A stretch of 64,000 nt of DNA from Tubulanus polymorphus (taxonomy: Eukaryota > Animalia > Nemertea): the NCBI RefSeq assembly GCF_964204645.1, contig NC_134028.1, forward strand, positions 16,127,653-16,191,652, given 5' to 3'. The notes below the pieces were generated by a model. That model was not told the DNA's origin. It saw nothing but the letters and a program-made list of their open reading frames with translations, and did not search any database. This document shows, piece after piece, positions 26,732 through 37,616 of the stretch. The position numbers were made by a program, and so were the translations under genes. Each line of letters opens with the position of its first letter. Position 1 is the stretch's first letter.

Positions 26732-27326
26732 TTATTTTAGTTAATTTTTGTTCTGATTCATTTTCTGTTTCGACGTTTGGTTGTAGTACATCTGTTTCGT
26801 TCTTGCCTGATTTATATTCCATAGGCTTGATGTTCGAAAATGTTATGACGCCAGTAGAAATTAATGTCATAACCGATCCTAATTGAAATGAAGCATAACC
26901 AACCCATTTTTGTAATTCAGTCATAACTAAATAGTCATTTTTCAAATCACTATATAATTTATTTTCATCATCAATTGGTATTAACTGGTTACATAACTTA
27001 GAATAACATTTGACAATACCATCTGAAATAGAAGCATTTATTCTAGCTAATCTTGCTTCTTCATAAATCTTAAAATATTTTATTACTTTATCGGGTTTCA
27101 TAGCATCTAATTCTTGAAAAGTAATTATTTTCCCGATAAACTGATTACATTTCCCGCCAGCAATTAATAATTCTAGATGGTGTTTACAATATAAATAGTA
27201 TTCATAATCAATATTGTTATTAACTTGAATAGAATTAGAAACAACTGTATCTTTATTATCACTTATTCCCAAATCATCTAATGTCTTTTCAATATCGGCA
27301 TTATTCTTACTCGATTTCTTTGACAT
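26724..27326 (-). CDS. Viral hypothetical protein (200 aa)
   Basis: Intact ORF in the codirectional gene array; TAAATG start; C-terminal hydrophobic stretch. Confidence 0.65.
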   Translation of the reverse strand: MSKKSSKNNADIEKTLDDLGISDNKDTVVSNSIQVNNNIDYEYYLYCKHHLELLIAGGKCNQFIGKIITFQELDAMKPDKVIKYFKIYEEARLARINASISDGIVKCYSKLCNQLIPIDDENKLYSDLKNDYLVMTELQKWVGYASFQLGSVMTLISTGVITFSNIKPMEYKSGKNETDVLQPNVETENESEQKLTKINE

Positions 27327-28474
27327 TTATATAGGATAAAAATAGCAAGAAAAATATTATAAGTATTCTGATACTAGATAGTTAAAGTTAAAGAATTCTA
27401 GTATTGACTACTGATACTAGCTATTTGAATTTAAAGAATTTCTATTTGAATCTATTCAAAATATAAAGTATTCTCTTTTGAAAAGAAAGTATTAAAAATA
27501 TAATAGAATTCACTAGCTAGTTGAAGTTATTGTTTTTTATTATATTTTATTTAAATTAGGATTTAGATTATCTCACTACTATTGTTTATCTATAGGAGCA
27601 GTAATTATAACTGTCCAGATAAGCCATTTCGGATTCTCGATAAATAAATCCTAAAACTGAAAATAAATTCAAAGAAACGACTGGTGGAAATACTATTTCA
27701 TAAACACACATATATTTTATTCTACAATCATTATCGATTTCCACATTCCTCACCGGGCGTTTGAGGCCCGGCAAGTTATGCGTGGAATGCAGGAATCAAT
27801 AAAATACAATACAACATCTGTCACTGTGTGTCATTAACAACAGCTTAATGACGCAATTGACATTCCGACAAACGTAATGCATTGGAAGCCTATACAGTAT
27901 GGCTAAACTGCTACATGTCTCATGAGTTGAAATATCCATTATTTCTGATTCCACATCCATCTATCTTCACTTTCTTGATTCAATGGCCTTCATTTTGTTA
28001 TCTAAAAGATAAATATCTAGCGTAGAATAAAACTAACTTGAAGTTGTAGTTGTAAAATATTAATTACAACACTTAAACATGACCATTTGTGACGCATCTT
28101 ACCAGGATAAGTTTTACATGTTTAACGTTTCCCGGCGCTTAATAACAACAAAAACAGTACTTACATTTATAACTGTAAACTCCTAAAATTGTGTTTATAG
28201 AGAGAATATCCTATACGTTCCTATGCTTATGTGCTGCGCGCTTATAACTGTCAGTTATTCACTAGCTAAACACTGTCTGAGCAACATATGTTCCTTCCTT
28301 TGTAATATAATTGATTAATCCTTTTCAACTGAAATAGCACATTCGATCAATATTCAAATGAGATACACCCTATTCAACTGAATATAACGTGCGACAGATG
28401 CTTTTGTAAACAACCTAATACAATTACATACAGGCGGTTTGACATAGATCGAGAGTAACCGGTTTTCTAAGCGT

Positions 28475-29128
28475 TTAACATTCAACGTATTTTTCATTAT
28501 GTGTTGAATTCCATAATTCAACAAATGTCTTTGCTTTATCCAGTTGATCTAAATATAACTGTATATCTAGTTTGTTAGATTTAATTATATTTTCTTTCTT
28601 TTCAAGAGGTCTTAAATTTCTCCAGTTCCAGATTAGCTTCTTATTATAATCATCGCTCATGTCAAATTTAGAAATCGGCAACACATGATCAATATGAAAG
28701 TATTCACCATAATTATCTATATTCATTTTATCATCGAATTGATATATTATCCATGATTTGAGAAATTCATCTGTACAACCCAATAAATTAGATAGTGTTT
28801 CTGAATGTGTTTCTTTGTTGAATAATTGTGTTAATCTAGATCTTAAGCATTGTTTCAATCTAAAATTAAGATCTGTTTGATATCTTCCTCTCATATATTC
28901 TGCCATATAATAATTATAATGTTCTATATTATCTTCTCGGTATTGTTTGGTATATAGTTTAAAACAAGTTTTACAGCAATATTGAAAACCATCTTTGCTA
29001 ATCTTACGCTTACTAAATTCTGTTAAAGCTAATTTATCTAATTCACATTTAGAACACTTCTTGTAGTATATATTTATAACACCAGTGTTATTTGTAATAT
29101 TTATAGTTTGTGGTTGTTCTGGTTCCAT
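28475..29128 (-). CDS. HNH-type endonuclease with N-terminal Cys4 zinc ribbon (NCLDV-like)
   Basis: KKCSKC...KDGFQYCCKTC; HIDHVLPISKFD...NWRNLRPL..KENIIKSNK. Confidence 0.75.
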   Translation of the reverse strand: MEPEQPQTINITNNTGVINIYYKKCSKCELDKLALTEFSKRKISKDGFQYCCKTCFKLYTKQYREDNIEHYNYYMAEYMRGRYQTDLNFRLKQCLRSRLTQLFNKETHSETLSNLLGCTDEFLKSWIIYQFDDKMNIDNYGEYFHIDHVLPISKFDMSDDYNKKLIWNWRNLRPLEKKENIIKSNKLDIQLYLDQLDKAKTFVELWNSTHNEKYVEC

Positions 29129-29661
29129 TTATTATACATATTTTTTTACTGAAATTGATTTTAGAAGTTATTCATTTATATGTTATTCATGAATATATAT
29201 GAATTATTTCAATAAAAGTTTATTAACACTTTTAATGTTTAAAAATCTAACTCATACAAATATAAATATTGAAATATGTTTAAAATATACCTATGTATTG
29301 GATACCCTATTAGATACCATATTAGATACCCTAATACCTGATACCCTATTAGATACCTTAAATACTTAAAACCCCCTTTTTTAATATAAATATTATTTAT
29401 ACAATTTTCAACCAATTTATTTTTATTTTTTCAACTAATATATGAATAAGTTTGAAAATAATAAAGGTTATCTATTATTACTGAGGTTTCAATATAAATT
29501 TAAAAAAGAAATATAATTTAAGGTATTTTCAAATAATACGTATTAGATATGTATTAAATATGTATTAAATACGTATTAGATACGTAATACTAATATATTA
29601 ATATTAATACTTAAAACCCCCTTTTTTATTTACTATTATTTTATACAATTTTCAACCTTTA

Positions 29662-30568
29662 TTACTTTTTGAGTGTTAGATAATTACTTTCTGAATCACT
29701 TTCATCATCACTCTCCAATTCACTATCAGACCCTAACAATTTATTCAAATTCTCTACCGAATTTTCTTCTTCAAATTCTCTATTACTTTTATACTTATTT
29801 TTCACCTTTTTTACCGAATCATCAATAGTTGTTTCATTGTTATGCTTATTCATCCAATCAAATTTATCATTATTTTCTACTTTATGTTTCATAGAATCTT
29901 TATTAGTGTTTGCTCCTAATATTTCATTTACAGTGTTTGATCCTAATATTTTATTAGCATCGGTTAAATCTAATTCATCTTTATTAGGTGTTGCTAATAA
30001 AAAAATCTTCATATAATTCTTTACCATTTACTTTTTTATTTGAAACAAATTTTGTAACATATCTAAATGGGTGTTCTATAAATTCTCTTAAACCAACGCG
30101 TTCTATAACATTAGTAATATGTGCATTTGTATTCATATGTTTATTCCAATTTGATGGAGCGTTTGAAAATTCACCTTTACAATAATCACAATAATTTCTA
30201 TTTTCACTAACATTTAATATTATTGCATTATTATATGTAGAAGGTATTACATTATTAGATGTAGTAGGTATTACATTATTTGATGTAGAGGGTATTACAT
30301 TATTAGATGTAGTAGGTATTACTTTATAAGATGTAGTAGGTATTACATTATTAGATGTAGAAGGTATTACATTATTATCAATTACATTACTTAAATTATC
30401 AACAACTTCACTTTTATTATTATATATTTCTATTAGTTTAGTTTTATAAATTTTGAAAATAGGATCAAATATCAAAGCTATATTACAAGGTATTACATAA
30501 TATAAAACATCATTATTTTCATGTGTATCGATATATGGAATATGTTTATATACTTTACCTCCTTCCAT
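29662..30568 (-). CDS. Hypothetical protein(s) with VIP(S/T)TSNN repeats, C2H2-like finger and acidic tail; two overlapping ORFs, possibly one frameshifted gene
   Basis: ORFs 29984-30568 and 29662-30027; 24-bp coding repeat; YCDYC...KHMNTNAH. Confidence 0.5.
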
Positions 30569-30600
30569 TTATTATATATATTTTTATAAAAGTTAAAATT

Positions 30601-31857
30601 TTAATACATAACACTATCTAATTGTGAATTAACAATATTTAATTGTGCGTCAGATATAATATAAATGTGCATTTTGAAATTTAGACTTCCTTTTTTCTTT
30701 GTCATGAATAATTGTATTCCATCTTTAGTGTTTTGTAATTTTTTTCCAGAACCATGTAATGAATTATCCTCTGTTGTTCTAAAATCTAACCATAATGCAT
30801 ATTTATTACCGGTATAATAATCAATTTGATTAACATTACAATTTTCAGATGATTTCACTTTTTCATTCATAAAATGTTTTCTAATTTCTGGCCATTGATC
30901 TATCATTCTCATTCCTTGACAAAATATTTTATTTGCTATTCCTTCGATAGTTATTTCTACTTTTGTTATTTCAGGATTATAATACTTATCAACCTGTATT
31001 GCACCATTAGAATATGTTGCACTGGTAAAAAATATTAATATACCTTTAATAGATCTTCTTGGGAAGTTAAAATTCTCATTAATTATTTCATCATTTGCAT
31101 TAATAGTTACAGTTTTAAATTTATCAATATAATCATATAAATGAAAATATATATGAAAATCCTTGATTGTATTTAGTTTGAATTATACTTGAAATATTTT
31201 CATCAGTTACTGTATCATATTCTAAACATATATTCGATAATTTATAACTCATATCTTTAACAACGCTAGATATTACAATTTCATTAACAGGAGCAAATGT
31301 TATTTCGAATATAACGTCTTCTTGAATTGCGTATTTATATAAAGGCGCATTATCATTTATCAATTCAAAGTCTAATGGAATTTTATATTTGCTTCCATAA
31401 ATCTTTTTATCAAATTATCTGCGGTACGAGTTACTATTGCGTCATTAGCTTCTGATCTTAATTTATTTTGGTTTTCTGATTGGATTCCTTGAAATATCAT
31501 ATTATTTCTATTTTCTTTAGTTAACCATAAATCTTTATAATGCATAAATAAATTATAATCATCTAATGAGAAAACTGTTTCTGGACCAATCTTTATTGTT
31601 AACTTTTTAATCAAATATCTTCCAACATTATCGACAACATAATTATTATTATTACCGAGTACTTTTATATCGGCTGATAAATAAATACTATTTGGAACAT
31701 AAAAAGTATTTTGTGTTAATCGAGGGATTCTAACATATAAAGTTTCATCAGGATTAATATTAGAAGGGTTATGAGTAATTATATGATGTGATCTTTCTGC
31801 TTTAATAGCATTAGATATTCTATGATTCTTAGAAGGATTGATGTAACTCCCACTCAT
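30601..31857 (-). pseudogene. Major capsid protein (double jelly-roll type), frameshifted
   Basis: Three fragments totalling ~1.25 kb, rich in beta-strand pattern (ITHNPSNINPDETLYVRIPRL; LSNICLEYDTV; KYALWLDFRTTEDNSLHGSG), resembling Polinton-like MCPs from recall. Needs structure prediction. Confidence 0.65.
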
Positions 31858-31878
31858 TTATTTAACAAAAAAAATTAA

Positions 31879-33594
31879 TTATTTATTTTTTATCATGTTT
31901 ACTAGCCCAAAAATAATTGCACTTACAACTGTAATTAAAAATAAAATAATATGTTCAGCAGCAAAGTTAATAATGTTTCCTGCAGATTTCAATATAAAAC
32001 CAACAATTGATGCAATAACTCCTGGTAATGCTGCAGCAGATTTTTTAGATAGTTCCCATAAATATTTTGCTAATTTCTTTAAACCATCCTTAACTTTATC
32101 TTGTATAGAATTATTATCATTCGGGGGTTTATCTGGTTTATTGGGAGTAGGAGTAGATTTTAAAGCATTTGATATTGCTAAACCTATTGTTGTGAATACC
32201 ATAGTAACAGCTGTTAGAATTGAAAGAATTGTGATTCCTTCTAATTTAAATAACAATCTTATTCTATCTTTCAATGATATTTTAGAATTTGGTTTTATCA
32301 ACAAATCTTTAAAAATAACTTTTAATTTTTTAATATGATTAAGATCATATGATTTTAATAATGTATCTCTTTCTTCTTTTTGTAATTCTATGTTATATTC
32401 TAAATCATCTATTTTTTTTACTAAAGCTAATTTTCTGCTTTCATAATCAGCTTCCTCTATTACTTGAAGATTTTTATTTAATTCTAATTGTCTTAATTCT
32501 TCATTTGCATTAGCTAATTCTTTTTCTAACATGGTTATTTTAGAAAATCTCATCTTAATATTAGCAATTTCACCAGCTGATATTTGTACACCTTTAATTT
32601 CTCTACGTGCTTTTTCAGGTAATATTTGTAATTGTTCTTCAGTTAAATCAAGTAATCCTTTTTCTAGTAAAGATTGTATTCGATTTATTCCAGTTTCAGA
32701 ACCAGATGTATCTGATATACTATTCATCTCTTCTTCTGAATCTCTTAAACTATCAATTTGTTTTTCTAATGTTAATTGTAATTGACTTGCACCATTAACA
32801 ATTGGTTGAGTGTCTCTTCTCGATGTTTCTGGTGTTGAAGTTCTTAATTTATCTAATCGATTTGCAAAATCTTCATCAGTTTCTGGATCAACATCAGTAG
32901 GATTTGGATTTGGATTTTTAAATGGTGAATATTTGTTAATATCAATATTAGGAATTGGTTCTTCTTTATTTATTCTGTCGAGTGCATTCCATATAATTCT
33001 GAGAAATTCTCTACCACCTTTTGAACCTTCAATTGTAGATAATGCTCGCATTCCAGGTTCAAATATATTTTCTTGACCCATTCTAGATAATTGAATTGAT
33101 ACAGTATTCCTATTTAATTCAAGATTATAATACCATGAATCATTTTTAAATTCTAAATTATTCGTGAAATATGGGTCATCTTTAAAAATTTGTTCTACAA
33201 CATCTTCAGTATCAATTTCATCTATTACAACTTTTGGTAATAATTCGTTAACAATTGTATCTGTTACTCTAGATTTCATTTTATATAATTCCATATGTTT
33301 ATCAGGATATTTTTCTTGTTGTTCTACTAATAGTTCCATAAATTCTTTTCTTTCTGTTCTAGTTGAAATTCTACCACTTTCAGGAGCTTGTAAATATTTA
33401 ATTAATTTTTCACGTAATTCGGAATTAATTCCATCATAATCATCATCATAATCATCATCTTCACCTAAATTAGTATTATATTCTGTTTTATTATCATTAC
33501 TAAAACTTGTTTCACTAAAATCAGGTGGTTGTTCATCACTTATACCAGGTTCATCTAAAGGATCCATTGGAATATCTTCTCCACCTTCTGCCAT
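31879..33594 (-). CDS. 571-aa acidic/coiled-coil protein with C-terminal TM segments
   Basis: Intact ORF; heptad region; hydrophobic GITILSILTAVTMVFTTIGL and IILFLITVVSAIIFGLV. Confidence 0.75.
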   Translation of the reverse strand: MAEGGEDIPMDPLDEPGISDEQPPDFSETSFSNDNKTEYNTNLGEDDDYDDDYDGINSELREKLIKYLQAPESGRISTRTERKEFMELLVEQQEKYPDKHMELYKMKSRVTDTIVNELLPKVVIDEIDTEDVVEQIFKDDPYFTNNLEFKNDSWYYNLELNRNTVSIQLSRMGQENIFEPGMRALSTIEGSKGGREFLRIIWNALDRINKEEPIPNIDINKYSPFKNPNPNPTDVDPETDEDFANRLDKLRTSTPETSRRDTQPIVNGASQLQLTLEKQIDSLRDSEEEMNSISDTSGSETGINRIQSLLEKGLLDLTEEQLQILPEKARREIKGVQISAGEIANIKMRFSKITMLEKELANANEELRQLELNKNLQVIEEADYESRKLALVKKIDDLEYNIELQKEERDTLLKSYDLNHIKKLKVIFKDLLIKPNSKISLKDRIRLLFKLEGITILSILTAVTMVFTTIGLAISNALKSTPTPNKPDKPPNDNNSIQDKVKDGLKKLAKYLWELSKKSAAALPGVIASIVGFILKSAGNIINFAAEHIILFLITVVSAIIFGLVNMIKNK

Positions 33595-33613
33595 TTACAT
33601 AATAAAAAATTAA

Positions 33614-34943
33614 TTAAAATTTAAAATATAATATTCCTCCGATTACAATTCCTATACAAGTTATAGCTAATTTAGCATTTTCATGGGATTTATTATCATT
33701 ATCAGTTTTAATTATATCATGTTGAATAATATCAGTTTTAATATATTCTGATGTATTGTAATCTTTTATTTTAGAATCATTATTTAAGTTAATATTATTA
33801 GTTTTAGTTTCAGTTGATTGAATATGTTTTTTATTTTTTTCACCTTCCATTAATTTTGGAGCAGTGAAAATCTTTTTATTTATATCATTTAATCCAAATG
33901 AATTATTTATTGTTGCAGTTTTAATTAGATTATTATATTATTAGATTATTGTTTCCCATCTTTAATACTAAATCATTAGAAATAATAAATAGATTAGGGC
34001 CTATACAATAATTTAATCTAATATGTGATTTATCTAGATAATTTTGATATCTTACAATGTTTTCTGGAATCGATCTATTTTTATCATTATGAATGGAATC
34101 TTCAAATAATACTTTGAATTGTTTCTGCGCATCGAATGAAGTGTTATCATTTCCAATTATTGGGGATCTTGTTTCAACTTGCGCACCTAAAATACATATC
34201 AAATAAGTTCTAATAGATTGCTTTATTCTTTGTATTCCAGCTTTAGTAAAACCTTCACTATTTTCTAAAATGAAATTAACCCAACCATTATTGTTTTGTT
34301 GTTGTATATTATTATAATATTTTGGTAATTCATTCCAATTTAGTGTTCTTATATCTGAATTTGTGATTATTTTTCCAAATTCTTTAGTATATAATATTCC
34401 TAATCCACCCATTGTTCCAATTTTTGCTCTAAAATCTTTATTTGAATTAATATTAAATTCATTAGATATTTTATAAAACTTAGAAAAATTAATATTATTA
34501 TTCAATTCTTTAAAATATTTTGAACCTGGTAAAGGACATTCTAATTCATCTAATATTAATTTTATTTGAAAATAAGTACGAAATCTAAAAAGTGATAACA
34601 TCAATGGTAAACTTGGTTTGTTTAAATGATCATTCCAACTAATTCCACATCCTGTTGTCGCGCAATAAACAGCAAAATTTAATTGGTTCTGCCAATACTT
34701 CATATTAGATTTTAATAACCATTGTTTTGCCTCATTTAAATTTTTGAAATTAATTGTATACACATGAAATATATTTTCCATCTTTACATGAAAATTATTA
34801 CTTTCAGTAACATAAATATATAAATTAATTAATGAATTTAAAACTTCATTTCTATATGTAATATCTTTATTAAAATCTATTGCTGGAATATTATATTTAA
34901 TTGATTTATTATATTGGAAAGCTTTTGGAAAACTATCTGCCAT
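33614..34943 (-). CDS. Viral hypothetical protein (336-aa ORF; probable frameshifted C-terminal extension 33614-33850 ending in a TM helix)
   Basis: YWQNQLNFAVYCATTGCGIS; GFTKAGIQRI; ILGAQVETRS. The downstream ORF lacks its own TAAATG. Confidence 0.6.
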
Positions 34944-34959
34944 TTATATAACTAAAAAA

Positions 34960-35394
34960 TTAATAATTTATTAATTCTTTTAATAATTTATCTTGTTCTT
35001 CAACTGTTATATGGCCATTTAAACTTATTATATAATCTAGTGTATTCTTTAATATATTAATTTCTTTTATATTAGTTTTAATTTTTTCTTTATTACTTTT
35101 TATATTTAATTTTGAACTTATACCAGTTAAAACACTTGATGATAATCCTAACACACCAATTGATATAGCTAAAGGTGTTAATGGACTGAATATTGCTAGA
35201 AATGTTATTACAGAACTAATTGTAACCGAACCGCTGATAATAAGATAATATATAATTTTACTTTTTAAATATTTTTTCTTTTTTATCTTTAAGTCACTTT
35301 CAAATTCTAATATTTGTTTTTCTAAATATATTTTTAATTTAGTTTTATTTATATCATGAGGAATAATATCAATATTATCAACTTTATCTTCCAT
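34960..35394 (-). CDS. Two-TM coiled-coil viral protein
   Basis: 144 aa with a central hydrophobic hairpin; TAAATG start. Confidence 0.65.
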   Translation of the reverse strand: MEDKVDNIDIIPHDINKTKLKIYLEKQILEFESDLKIKKKKYLKSKIIYYLIISGSVTISSVITFLAIFSPLTPLAISIGVLGLSSSVLTGISSKLNIKSNKEKIKTNIKEINILKNTLDYIISLNGHITVEEQDKLLKELINY

Positions 35395-35414
35395 TTATTT
35401 AGAAAAAAAAATTA

Positions 35415-35837
35415 CTAATTAGTAAACTTATAAGCAACAAATATAACAATAACTGTTCCACCTAAAATCCAAATTATTTCATATTTCTGTTGTTCTTTAC
35501 TTGGGGTATAATAATCTGATAATTTAGGTTTGTATAGATGTAATTTTTCTTTATTGGTTACCGCGATATATAAACTCATTGCATCATCAACTGATTGAAA
35601 ATCTCTATGTGAAATCTTCTGATCATATAATTCCTTGTTAATATAATCCGTATAGTTTTGTCTTTTTTCTCTATATTCTTCTGCTGCTTTATTATATTTT
35701 TCTAATGCTAAGTTATGTCTTTTTTGTTCTGTTAATGAACCATTTTTATCAATATGCTTAAATAAATAACCACCACCAGTAAATGCTGAAGCGTTAACAA
35801 TTGCCGATCCTATAATAGTTATAACTGCAGAAGCCAT
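35415..35837 (-). CDS. Viral membrane-associated hypothetical protein
   Basis: MASAVITIIGSAIVNASAFTGGGYLF, EQKRHNLALEK, C-terminal TM segment. Confidence 0.65.
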   Translation of the reverse strand: MASAVITIIGSAIVNASAFTGGGYLFKHIDKNGSLTEQKRHNLALEKYNKAAEEYREKRQNYTDYINKELYDQKISHRDFQSVDDAMSLYIAVTNKEKLHLYKPKLSDYYTPSKEQQKYEIIWILGGTVIVIFVAYKFTN

Positions 35838-35861
35838 TTATTTAGTAAAATAATTATGTAT

Positions 35862-36083
35862 TTATATGGGAGGAATATATTTTTGTTTTTCCAAATAATC
35901 AATAGTTAAATTAGATAAAGTAACTGCTAATGTTTATTTTAAAATATCATTTATATCAAATCTATCAACATTAACACTTCCCATTTTAAATACTTTTTTT
36001 AATACCATTGAATAACCAACGGTTCCAACTGATAGTAAGGCTTCATTATATAATCCAGTTATTATCCACTTATTATCACTCAT
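35862..36083 (-). pseudogene. Small hydrophobic viral protein, disrupted (not in ORF track)
   Basis: TAAATG start, then LYNEALLSVGTVGYSMVLKKVFKM...TIDYLEKQKYIPP across stops/frameshift. Confidence 0.45.
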
Positions 36084-36439
36084 TTATTTATCAAAAAAAT
36101 TACTATCATCAAAATATTTAGTTAACTTATTTATGATTAATTCAACATTTATTTCATTACTAGTTTCATTTGTATATATTTCAATTATTATTTTTTTAAT
36201 ATCATCGATGATAAAATCTTCATCTAATTCATAAAATCTTAAAGATTCTCTAATTAAATTAGTAATCTTTTCTACATTTAAAATTTCTTTATCTATTGTT
36301 TTTTCATACTCAAATGTTGTTTCATTAGAAAATGTAATATTTTTGATATGTGTAATTACATCATTAACGTTAAATTTCATTTCTTCTCATGTTTAAAATC
36401 AAACCCAAAACATATACTCGGTCCAACAGTTATATTCAT
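36084..36439 (-). CDS. Acidic hypothetical protein (true start probably ~36439, frameshifted)
   Basis: ORF 36084-36380 plus an upstream T-tract-TAAATG at 36439. Confidence 0.45.
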
Positions 36440-36456
36440 TTATATAGTGAAAAAAA

Positions 36457-37216
36457 TTACTCTCTACATCTTATAACTAATTCATAAATTACAGGAAAGT
36501 TATTCAAATCAATTAAATATCCATTGTGATTTCTTATTTCTAATCTAAAATTATTAAATTTAGGAATGCATGGTTTGAAATCACATTCTGTTAAATTATT
36601 ATTTATTTGTGTTCCAAATTGTTTAACATTTTTTAATGGTAAAATATTTAATATACTAGAATTACAAATTGTATCTTTAGTTGCTTCGAATGTTTTTGTA
36701 GGCTCGATTAAATTGCAATAAATATAAAAGTGTGTAAAAGGTATTATATTTGAATTACCATCTACGTTTCCTGTAACAGTATCTGGTGCAATTCCTAACA
36801 GTTTAGCTATAGGTTTTTTTTACCATAAATGCATGTTGACTTTCATCATATACCTTTATTTTAATTTTATTTGTGCTATCACTTTTTATAAATCTAATTA
36901 AAAATTTATCTTCTCTTCTAATTTTCAACCGTGCTCTTCGATTAATTTCTTGAGCTAATGTTTCTAAATTATATAATCCTGGTTTTAAAATTATATGAAA
37001 CCATTTATCTATATTTCCAATATGAGTTAAAAAAGTATTATCTTCAATAGTTTTATCCGTTATATTATAAAAAGAATTACATAAACTTATACTAACTAAT
37101 TTTAAATCTACACAATTTTTATATTCCCTATCTAATTGAACTAGTAAATTATGAGATTTATAATTTGTAAGTTTTCTAGAATCAACAAATATTCTGTATT
37201 CTTTTAATTCTACCAT
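36457..37216 (-). pseudogene. Minor capsid (penton-like) protein, frameshifted near 36803
   Basis: IFVDSR, LVSISLCNSFYNI, KPGLYNLETL, then IYCNLIEP...RLEIRNHNGYLIDLNN, the pattern of Polinton/virophage single jelly-roll pentons. Confidence 0.65.
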
Positions 37217-37233
37217 TTATTTTACATATTTTC

Positions 37234-37587
37234 TTATTCGAAATCTATTTCATGGTGCCCTTTTTCATTCTTACCTTTGTATACGAAATAGAAATCTCCA
37301 GAACATAATTCTTCTAAGTCTTCACTTGATAATCTATGAAATCTATCCGGTAAATATGTTCTGAATTTATATGTATTTCCTTTTAATCCTTCATATTCTA
37401 AGTGTATAACTAATTTATCTCCATAGTTATTAGTAACTGTATCAATATTTGTAATTAGATATTTCTTATGAATTGTTAATTCTGTTAACTTTTTGAATTT
37501 ATAATCTACAGATTTTACATTTGTTATATCTTTAATTCTATCTAGAAATAATTTGTTGTTCTCACTGTGTATTTGTTTACTCTCCAT
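37234..37587 (-). CDS. Small PolB-adjacent protein (possible OB-fold/SSB)
   Basis: FKKLTEL...YLI...TNNYGDKLVIHLE...YLPDRF; the function is an inference. Confidence 0.5.
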   Translation of the reverse strand: MESKQIHSENNKLFLDRIKDITNVKSVDYKFKKLTELTIHKKYLITNIDTVTNNYGDKLVIHLEYEGLKGNTYKFRTYLPDRFHRLSSEDLEELCSGDFYFVYKGKNEKGHHEIDFE

Positions 37588-37616
37588 TTATAATACATAT
37601 TTTTATTAAAATTTGA

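Noticed and set aside
31895-33439. Plus-strand ORFs inside the virus, and antisense ORFs over BEL/LINE/Kolobok genes
   Set aside because: They are shadows of real opposite-strand genes and have no motifs.
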